DNA from: Amoebidium appalachense
Taxonomy: Eukaryota > Protista > Ichthyosporea
Length of the DNA: 64,000 nucleotides
Assembly (NCBI GenBank): GCA_963693365.1
Contig: CAVNZM010000010.1
Span: forward strand, 7,131,794-7,195,793
Reading direction: 5' to 3'
This document shows positions 36,209 through 64,000 of the stretch, one piece after another (position 1 is the first letter of the stretch; the number at the start of each line of letters is the position of its first letter). The translations under genes and the position numbers were made by a program. The notes under the pieces were generated by a model. The model saw only the letters and a list, made by a program, of their open reading frames with translations. It made no database searches and was not told the origin of the DNA.

Positions 36209-37210
36209 ATGTGCATGTATGCATATGTGCCTGTATCTACGGTGTGTGTGTGTACGTGACACACCCACAATCCTCAACACGTACCCTGTAGGCTACTCCC
36301 TGCAAGAGGTCACATGGGAGACCCCCGAGCGCATGTACCCAGAGGATCCCAACTGTGAGGCCTGGTTTGACATGCTCGCTGACTGGGACGAAAGGAAGGT
36401 ATTATGCCCCCCGCCTCACGGCCCCTGATGTGCGGGGTCCCGAACATGTTAGCGGGTGTGTTGTGCCCCATGTTCAATGGTTGTTTGTTGTCTTTTGTAA
36501 CAGTGCTGCAATAGTGAGGTCGATCTATATCCATGATGCGAAATGCATGCCCACTCGAAACCTCGTAGGAACCCCCCCCCCCCCCCCCCCCCCCCCCCAC
36601 ACACACACACCCATCCCCATTCCCATTCCCATCCTCCCCTCCTTCCCTTAGTCCCACCCCTTTGCCCTTCCCCCCTTCCTGTTGTCCCTCCTCTTTTTCG
36701 ATAATAGGTCATGCCTGTCTTAAACAATGGGCTGAAAACCACTGCATGCCACTTCATGTTACTAACAAACAGTTCCCCCCAATCCAGGAAAGAGCAGCTG
36801 AACTACAAAGGGAAAAAAGGCGAGAAAGAAGAAGAGAAAAGAACCAGAGCACAAAGAAGGCGGAGCTAAAAAAACGTATCAACGCGAGTGCAACAAAGAA
36901 TAAATTGAAAAATCATTTGAAGGGCGGTCACACAGAAAACAAGACCGCATATGATAGAGAGGATAATTCGGATTCCGAGTCTGGCACACATGCAAATGAA
37001 GACAGGGAATCAACTGATTACACAGAGAATCATTTTTCAAGGCCGGATTACACACGTGTTATTAGCATAGACAAGCTGGGTAGGCGACATAAGAATCGAC
37101 CAATACAAACGAGCGATCAGAGTAATCATGAGAATGCATCGCCCAATCCGATGGAAGAGTCGGTGGATTATAATCCAATCCATCATTGGTCTAGTGAGTT
37201 ACCCCTTCCC

Positions 37211-37243
<33 letters not shown>

Positions 37244-37426
37244 AGAGCGGATGAATGATCATGGCAAACTACATTCTTCTTGCCGTCATAAATGTGTATC
37301 TCTTGCTGTTATGCTTTATTAGCCCCGTCACTCACCCCTTCCCCACCTGCAATTGCTCCGAGCCTTTTTACAACTGATATGTTAAAAACCCTTCTTCTTG
37401 GAACGTCCCGAGATGTTATCTTAGCG

Positions 37427-37468
<42 letters not shown>

Positions 37469-37572
37469 TGAGGATGGGCTCTGCTTATTATGCATACTCT
37501 TTATGTATGGCTTGCATTCTGCATCGTGTTATCCGTTTGTTCTTGTGTACTTCGTACTTTTTGACGCATTCA

Positions 37573-37621
<49 letters not shown>

Positions 37622-38822
37622 ACACACACCTTCTCCTCGGTAACGTGAGCAAACCTCTAGTGGAAGAAATGTGTTTGAGGATCATGCCGTAACAAGGCCT
37701 TTCCAATATCAGTTATGCTTCCCCTTTTTTTCAGTTTTGTCTTGTGCAATCATGGTAGTGGTATGCATATACTTAACCCTGGGGATGCAGTGTGCCGGCC
37801 GGATGCGCCAACATGGGACCCTGTACAGGCATTTGCGGATTTGCCAATTGGGTGCCCTGTGATTGGCTGGTGGTCAGGTGGCAGGGATGGGAGTGTAGGG
37901 TTATGCGTATAGATATTGGGATTGTGGGGCCATGCAAATGCCAAACATTATGGTGTAGGGCTGTACATATGCACATGGTGTGGGGGGGGCTTAACACAGC
38001 GACTGGATTTCTGATGGGTCATGTGAATACTAAATATGTTTGAAGGTGCGGCACTATGCTAACACAATACTATATATTGGGTATACAAGTGTTCATATTT
38101 GGGTGCGGGGCTATGTGTATACTAGTTTTTTAGGGGTATGAGGTTATGCAATGCTAAATATGCGCCCGGGGAGGAGGGGGGGGAGAGGGGGAGGGGAGGT
38201 GGGGGCGGATGGGAAACACTAGGAAAAGGAGCTGTGGGGCTATGCATATAAAAGCACTTTGGGGCTGTGGCGGTATGCATATACTAGCAATTCATGGCAT
38301 AATAGAAAGCTCTTAGCGGAAGAAGTGGGTTGGGTGTCCTTGAACTAAAGGGATGACTGAAGAGTGATAAGACGGCTTGCTTTGATAGTCTGTCGATGTG
38401 TTCAGTGGAGAGTAGTGGAGAAAAAAGCGGCTAGTGCTAGCCCTTCTGGGAAGGAGGGGGATGAGGAGGGGGGGAGAGAGAGAGAGAGGGGGGGGGGGGG
38501 GGGGGGGGAAGAGAAAGGGGGAAGAGAGAGATAGAGAGAAGGGGAGGGTAGCAGTGATACGTCTGGGCCAGCTTCATATATGATACTGGACTCTTACGGG
38601 TGGTTGTAAAATTTATGTTTAAGCCTCTAACTAAGGGCATTAAACACACCACCAATCATCCATCCACTCATTAACTCACACACGCTACATATTGTGTCCA
38701 CAGCTCGTCGGCCACCCAAGAGCACCCAAAGCCGCAAGAAACAGGAGACCAAAACATGCAGAATACATCCTTACAAAAAGACATCCATCTTACCGCCTCC
38801 CAGAGGGTTGAAGCCCCCCCTT

Positions 38823-38854
<32 letters not shown>

Positions 38855-39207
38855 TCCTTCCCTTCTTCTCCGTTCCCTCCCTCTCCTCTTTCTCCCCCTC
38901 CTCTTTCTCTGCCTCCTTTCCTCTCTTCCTTGCTTATGGAGGGACTGTACTGATGGCTCACATTGTCTTTTTTTTTTTTTTTTTTTTTTTTTTTTGTATG
39001 TGTGTCGGTCGTTTTTGCCACACTGTGTAGCTTTTGTCAGCCTGTGTGTCTTGTCAACCATGTGTGTGTTGCTGCCTGCGTGTATGTCGCTTTTTTTCCA
39101 GTATGTGTATCGTTTCAAACCATTCTCTGATGCCCAGTGTCTTTGCTGGGAGTGACCCAGTACTGAAAAGCGGACCCTCCCCCCCCCCCCCCCCTCCCTC
39201 CCTCCCC

Positions 39208-39246
<39 letters not shown>

Positions 39247-39627
39247 CTTGCCCCCCCCTTCTTCAATACAAGACAGGCACGGGCTCCCTCCCTTACCAAC
39301 CGTCTTTGTATGTCACGTACGTGACGAATTGTCGTTATGTAGGAGCAAGGAGGTATACAGGAACCTGTTCGATAAATGTGAAGCCACCTTCAAATCTATC
39401 GTGGAAAGAGAAACAAGGTGAAAGGGATTATCAAATTCCTTAGCTATGAGCCCCCACTTTATTGTCGCCCAATATGCACTCAGACCATCCCCATCCCCCC
39501 CCCCCCCCCCCCCCCCCCCGGGGGGCCGCCCGCCCTTCCTCCATCCCCATCCCCCCCCCCCCCCCCCCCCCCCCCCTCCCCCCCCCCCCCCCCCCCCGGG
39601 GGGCCGCCCGCCCTTCCTCCATCCCCA

Positions 39628-39666
<39 letters not shown>

Positions 39667-39968
39667 TCCATTTCCCCCATCTCATCAACACACTTTTATA
39701 CAGGCGCACCCAAGACCCCGCCAGAAGTGCCACCAAGGAACCGAGGGCAAAATCCCCCTCGTCTCAGGGCCCCAGCCACTCCCCATCCACCCCCAATTCT
39801 ACTGGTGTTGCCATCCAACCATGCAGCAGTAGTGGCCTGATAGAGGAGAGACCATGCCCAACAGGGGCCATAATGTGGTCAAATAGATGGGCCGAAAAAA
39901 GGCCCTGGCATCAAGTCGAACTTCCACCAATCGCTGAAAGAAGAGGTGCGTGCACGTGCATCCCCCCT

Positions 39969-40011
<43 letters not shown>

Positions 40012-40248
40012 CCCCTCGCGGCCTCCCTTTACTACAATAAAAATGTTACCACACTCTCTCCCTTGGAGTCTCGCTCTCCCTCTGTCCCCGCTGCCTCTGT
40101 CTTTGCTTGCAGAAAAACCAAAAACATGCAAGTAGGAGCACGTGTAGGTAAAGCTCACAATGGGGACCACAATCATGCACACTACACATGGTAAAAAGAC
40201 ACAGCAAACTGAGTCTTTGAATTCAAACGTCACGATTCAGCGTTAACT

Positions 40249-40300
<52 letters not shown>

Positions 40301-40637
40301 AACACACACACACACGCGCGTGCGCGCAACACATGCAGACTCCCCCTCCCCTCCCCTCGCCTTCTGTCCCTCAGAGGCTCACGACTATGTACTCCTAGGG
40401 ACCACTCATAAAGCCACAACAATGCTGGAGGCAGATTGGGCTGTAAGAAGTCATTCGAAACTGGAAATCGGCCATGTGTGTATGATGGAATGTCGCATGG
40501 ACGAACTACCAGCCAACGTATTACCCTACTTGGGTATCCTGGAATATGCGAATTATCAGCCAATGAATCGATTGATTATTATACAGCCAATGAATTACCC
40601 CATGTGTTGTAAACACGCCCTAGAAAGAAGTCACTAA
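36039..40637 (+). CDS. Chromodomain-containing protein (N-terminal chromodomain; C-terminal exons tentative)
   Basis: Exons 36039-36118 and 36292-36398 give MALYVPERVLKSRSKNGTTEYLIKWEGYSLQEVTWETPE, a chromodomain with aromatic cage residues. A basic/charged exon starts at 36788. Further candidate exons near 37790, 38704, 39343, 39704 and 40375-40637. Confidence 0.75.
37469..37574 (+). mobile_element. Family A' 3' fragment starting at the CUGAGGA motif
   Basis: poly(C)-tgaggatgggctctgcttatt...gacgcattcaaa-poly(C). Confidence 0.87.
39486..39680. repeat. Short tandem repeat punctuated by poly(C)
   Basis: ccatccccat-(C)n-gggggccgcccgcccttcct repeated ~2.5 times with different C-run lengths. Confidence 0.8.
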
Positions 40638-41325
40638 TCATGACGGTTTTGCAACAGATGGTTCAGCCAAACCGCTCGCAAGCAGACCGCGACTGAGTTT
40701 GAGACTCCGACTGCCCATTGCTAGCAACCCTTAGCCGTGGCACACTCACCCGGTGGCGAGGGATGGCAGTAGGAGGGCAGTGCCGCAGGTTTGCTACATT
40801 TTTTATTAAGATTTATTTTTAGTTATTTTTTATTTTTATTTTTTATTTTTTTGGTGGTGGAATACTGGTTTAACTTTTTTTCTTTTTCTTTTTCTTTCTT
40901 TTTTTTTTTTTTTTTGACTGGTTTTTTTCCCCACACGCATTCATATGGCAATTGAGCTGCAGTGCAGGGGCTCAGAGCATTCTTACTATCCTACACTTTA
41001 CCTCCTGCGGTTCTTCGTCTTCTCCTTCCTCTTTTTTATTTATTTTTATTTTTATTATTTTTTTACTTCATTCTATTTTTTTTATTTTTTTTTACCCTCC
41101 CTGATACTATGCCCGTGACCCAGGAACACAGCGCACTGGTGGCAAAGTTGCTGTGAGCCCTCTTGCATGTAGAGTTGTCGATATTTGCAGATATCTCAGC
41201 ACACCATTGGATATTTAGCTCATGAAAATTGGCAATTGATTCATCACTTGGGCCAGGTCTCCTGGCCGGCATTTATTATTTGGGGAAAACACAGGATGTC
41301 GACAGTCACATTCTCATATCACGGT

Positions 41326-41359
<34 letters not shown>

Positions 41360-41360
41360 A

Positions 41361-41426
<66 letters not shown>

Positions 41427-42632
41427 CAAAATCGGTGATTAGAATTCGACATTCATGATTCTACGTTACCATATTTTTTTTTGGGTATTTCAGTCATTTG
41501 TGTTGACCAATGAGCACCTTTTTGTAAGACGTAGGAATCACAGATCCGCGCATGTCATTAAGGTCTAAGCTGGTATTTGGTTTGCTTACAGATAACCATT
41601 GGATCATCTCCTTTTTTAGGCATTGCCCATCACTTTGTGAGGGCCGGATCCTGGCCAGGCGATGCCAGCTTAGTGATAAACTTGGCGCAACTTCACATGC
41701 ACATTAGGTGCATGTGTTAGCCTTAAAGCAACATTTTATGTGTCCTTTGCTTGTACAGCTGGGTACATATAATGTCGTGAATGTGTACGAAACTTTGCTA
41801 AACATAATCACATTTCTATCTTGCAAGCACACTGTGTGTGCCCACTTATAATTACATTTCCCGAGAGTAATGAATGACTCCCAATAGCTAAGGTTTAAAG
41901 ATGGCTGTAGAAATTGCTATATATATATATATATATATATATTGCCCGGAACATTTTTTTATCATCTTGGAGTAAATCCCAAAGGGAAGCACGTCCATGG
42001 GAATGATGTACATACCTGCCGCTTGGCCTTTCCGTGCATCACAGTGCACGTGTGTGCATGGAATTATATGCAATGTACATGTGAATGGTGGTCATGGTGG
42101 TGGTGTGTGTGTATGCGCTCGCCTGTATTCACATGCCGGTGTGAACCAGCACTCGTGTGTTTGCGGTATTGACAAAGCTATCCCCCCCCCCCCCCCCCCC
42201 CCCACAAAAAAAAAAAAAAAAAAAAAAAAACCACCACCACCACCACCACCCAACCCAATCCACCCACAAAGACTGAAGATCCTTTCCACACCATTCCTCG
42301 GCTGCATGTACCCTTATGTACATACGCAGTGAGATTGAAAAGTTAATGGATGGGAGAATTCATTACTACATACATGCACCCACACATGCGCCGGGGCCCG
42401 GCTGGACTTTATTTTCCGTTGAAAAAATACAGGCGCCTCGCACCAGGCAGCCACAAACCTGAGCATGTTTGCTCTGTAGCCAAGAAACACTATAAATGTT
42501 GCAAATTATAAAAGATAAGAATGACAAATGCAAATAACCTGCTTAGCCTAGCAATCGTACACATCAACTACCAGTCGCCCGCCTAGCCACTTTAAAATTT
42601 ATCAAGCCAAGAGTAGGGCTACATTAAAACGT

Positions 42633-49064
<6,432 letters not shown>

Positions 49065-49536
49065 GATGTCAGAGTGGTATAGTTAAATACCTGGGTGAGA
49101 AAACAGCGATGAATCAGTGCAAGTAGGCTGCAATTATGTCCCATGGCCTGCCCACTGCATCACATCTCAAAAATAGAAGATGTGGTCGGCGTTTAAAAGA
49201 AATCGTACAGGGAGAACAAAGTAACACAAGTGCCCACTATGATTAATATTCCATATCAGCCGGTATAATTGCTAAATTCCAACCAGGATCTCAGATGGGA
49301 GGTTCCGGAGTTGAAGCGGGGTTATGCTTGTGCACGTGCACCTCAGCGACAGTGAGAGTTGATCTAGCCCCAAGTCTGGCACAAGGCCAGGCGGTAGAAG
49401 TAAAGGGTTGGGGCGACCAAGCAATCGGAGGGAAGAGGGGGGGGGGGGGAGAGGGAGGGGGAGGCGGGGGTTTTGCGGGGAGAGAGGGAGAGCGAGAGAG
49501 AGAGAGGGGGGGGGGGGGGGGAGGGGGGAGAGAGAG

Positions 49537-49611
<75 letters not shown>

Positions 49612-51698
49612 AGGGAGGCAGACAGAGATAGGAGGGGGGGGGGGGGGGATAGAGAAAAGAAGAGGTGAGAGGGTGTTGTGGGAGGATGGGGGGCAGGGGA
49701 GAGAGGAGGGGAGGGGGGGGGGGGGGAGAGGGAAGGAGAGAGGGCGGGGGAGAGGGGGGGGGGGGGGGGACGGGGGGGGAGGAGAGAAGGAGGGCGAGAG
49801 AAGAGGGAGAGAGACATGTGGATGGGGAGGCGATAAAGGGGGGGGAGGAAGGGGCTGTTTGTGTCTTATGTTTGTGCATGTGTGCGTGTGGAAAAGGGTG
49901 GGGAGAGCGAATGACAACAGCGCAGCTTCGTTTCAACCCAGTCAAGAAAGAGCAACGCGTCCTTGAAGCACAGCCTTGCAACCGTTCATGGTGTGTTCGC
50001 ATAGCACCAACCTTACAAGTATGGTGTTGGTTGTATGGAAGTCAAACGGAAGCCTCTAAACATGAAATTGTTCCACCGACTAGAGTGCATAAGCTAACAC
50101 ACTAGCTACACTTACGGTATGGCCAAACAAGCGACACTATAAATATTTGTAAGGTAACCTTTGCACGTCCAATCGGTGGCGTCCAAACAAAAACTTTGAA
50201 AGGCTTCTTCTCAGTTCGGAGTAGACTGTCAGACACAAAGCACAATGTCCGATTCCAAGATAACTTTCGTTTAGATATAAAGTAGTATTTTGGAACATTC
50301 ACTAATGACAATTTCATTCAGTTTCGCTATGGCTAAGTTCAAATTGGACCTAAAAAGGGAATATCCCAGGCCCGAATGATTTCTTTCGAAGTCTCCCTAC
50401 ACAGCTTACAGATTTTAAACCAATTAGATGTGCGTCCTGCACTTGCTCTCACGCACAATAACTCCCTAGCGCTTTACACCCCCTCATTCTAAGATGAACT
50501 TTCATCAGCATTGAATTAAAACGTTTGAGTATCTGAGGTGTCTGTAATATATAAATAACGCTGTGAAATACCTGTGAGTGTGATTATATCTCAATAAATG
50601 CTTTTTTATTTAAGTATGAATTTACTGTCAATAAATCAAGGAACTCATCGTGGTTTTCAAAGAAAACTCATGCTGCGAGAAATTAGTATTTCAGGTCTGG
50701 TTTAAATCGCGGCTCTGGCGAGTACGTGCTTTGAGCCGATGTCACCATCTCTCTTTCTCGAAAATTTCATTATGCTTACTCACATATGGCACAGAAATAA
50801 TTCTAAAAATCTAATAAAAAAATAAAATTATTGCACACTCACTGAACGCGAATTAGGGCAAAATCGTTGCGCTGTGAAGTTCAGCGATTGAGTTCAACTT
50901 TTGAGTGGGAGGCTCATCTTTGAAGCTATTGGTCCAAATCTACTCTCAGGAATGTTAAACTTTTCTTTACTGGCCTGCATTTATAAGACTTGCTTGATTG
51001 GTTTATCTTTGCACATATTTTATATGCCAGCACAATTGCAGATAGCGATCAGCCTTTTTCATGTTAAACTGTTAAAGTCATGTAATGTAGTGTACGTGAT
51101 GTCCTACAGACCTACGTACGGCACACGCGTTTGCTGAAGCTGACAGTTTGGCCATGGCCATGGAGGGCTTTTTCGTGGTGGTCAACTGATTGCTCAAGTT
51201 GATGTTTGACAGGTGTAAAAGCGAACTACAACTGTATGTTCCAAGTTGCGTGCAAGTTGGCTCTGTATTATCTTGTTTCGTGATCTTCTTTCTTGTAGCT
51301 GCTATACCCAATCGATTTCTTGTTCAGATATACACAGAGCACGAGTCGAGCTTGGATTTCCACGAAAAGGTTTCTTTCCTACGTAAGATTCAGCTGTTTC
51401 AAGTTACAGCAAGAGTTTTTCGGTGTCGTTCTTTTTGCAAACTTTCATGAGCCTCTTGAGGTTGTGCCTCTTTGGGCACACCTGATAAACTAAACCGGCG
51501 TTTGTTTAACGAGGGACTCACATGGGCAGCTAAGCTCCGCGTTGGTTTTTGCCTCGCGACCACTTCGTAGAGGTTTGTCACACGCAGTGTCTAGTCGTTC
51601 CTCATCTTTTTTTCCCGACTGCTTGCGTCAACGAGAAAAGCCAAACAGAATAGGTTTTTTTTTGGCCGCCCCTACTGAGGGGCTGGTTTTTTGGCAGC

Positions 51699-62510
<10,812 letters not shown>

Positions 62511-64000
62511 CGTCATTTGGGCGTCGTAAATCGCATTTTTTGAAATTAGGTGGGCTGAGCTAAACCCCATTCTGCTCGATCGGATCTATAATAGGTTGAG
62601 ATGGGAATGTTTTTTGAGTTCTTGTTTGTCCAGCAGGGCATGCCATCATTCATCATTCTCTTTAGGTTGGCTGCGACGGGGTACATATTACAACATCCAG
62701 AATATTTTACACACACACACATGCATAGATAGACACATGCATGCATTAGCACATGCATGCATCCATGTATACACACAAATGGTAGAGATGCCATTACAAC
62801 CTGGATTTTGGATACTTCAAAGTTGTTTGTTTTTCCCCTTTGACGGTGTCTCTTTTTAAGCTGCTCTCCTGTGTCATTGAGAACTCTGGCACATGTTATC
62901 ACCAATGTATTTTATTGGTTCAGTGCACGTGTGCTAAAAAAATTTAATTTTTTTTTTCTTGTGGTTTAGAGTTGTTGCAGTGTGTGCGCTGTTTGGAGAG
63001 CGCTCACAAATGAAGCGCTGACGCTAAGACTGTACTTACCAGCGTTACGCGTAGGAATTGTGGTTGGTTTGGTATACTAAACGTTTGGTTGTAGGAAATG
63101 TTACTGGGATTATTACCCTTTTGGTTGTCTTGGTTGTTTGGGGTGTATGATATGATAAACATTCATTGGGTGCCAGGGGTATTATCCAAACGTGGTGTTA
63201 GACAGCCATCATCTTGTCATTGTGCTATAGAGTTTGTTACTACTGGCTACGCCATTCTATTCAGGTGCACGCCCGGTGGTTGATTGCTAACCACATATGT
63301 CTCTGTGAGACTTTGTATATGGCATCGCTATATAATCTTGCAAACTAAAAAATACGCATCATAATTACTGGTTAGGGGTGACGAAAGGGGGTTTCTTTTA
63401 GGGAATCGGGTCGAGTCAGACCCGAAGCGATTTGTCGGTGTTTGGCAAGAGGCGCACCATGGACTCTGCACTAGTGGTGCCGGCAGCGGACGACCCCAGG
63501 CCCATGTGCACGGGTGCATGCTCACTCACCTGTTCCAGCCACGTGCACCCTTATGAAAGCTTGCGGCCAGAAATATGTCTTATATATATTACTGGAGGTC
63601 GCCGTGCTGGACAAAAAGGCTCTGTCCCCCACTCATGCATGCAAGGGGGGAGGTCACGGCCAACATGTTGGCCATCATGGGACAAGTGCGGCGCATCATC
63701 ATCACGTGCCTCGAGAGGCTGGTCATGAATGATTTCAATAAGCCGTGAGTTCCCCGTAACTGGAACACTTCTCACCCAGGTCCCACCATTTCCCACTTAA
63801 GATATACATTGCATATGGTGACATCGAGCGCCATATGTACACCGCCACCCCCGGGTCGCAACTTCAGAGCTCAGAGGCTATATATGGGGACATGTGACTT
63901 TTTTTCTTTTTCTTTTTTTTTTTTTTTTAACACGAATGATTTAACAATAAATGTTGCCTATGAACTCTGTCCTCGACACAGTCAATGACACTATTGCTTT

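Noticed and set aside
63030-63620. Two strong minus-strand donor-like sites (gtaagt near 63039, gtgagt near 63528)
   Set aside because: No convincing coding exon could be linked to them within the window.

Overview
Eukaryotic, intron-rich genomic DNA; the gene style suggests a unicellular opisthokont or other protist, but this is inference. Introns are packed with (CA)n, (GA)n and long poly(C)/poly(G) tracts. Genes read by manual exon stitching: the 3' part of SF3B3 (+), a two-exon HAD hydrolase (-), 7-dehydrocholesterol reductase (-), a chromodomain protein (+), a 3-hydroxyisobutyrate dehydrogenase-like enzyme (-) and a large unknown protein (+). There is also a possible decayed EXO1-like remnant. 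The most striking signal is a mobile RNA system. At least two related families of short non-coding retroelements (family A has a ~453-nt unit) always end at the same base next to a poly(C) run, are variably 5'-truncated, and occur as 1.3-1.5 head-to-tail units. They contain all hammerhead ribozyme core motifs in a non-circularly permuted, pseudoknotted order, supported by compensatory changes between families. One copy is fused to a Naiad/Chlamys-type Penelope-like reverse transcriptase fragment. All intronic copies seen lie sense to their host gene. Most ORF-track entries are microsatellite artefacts.
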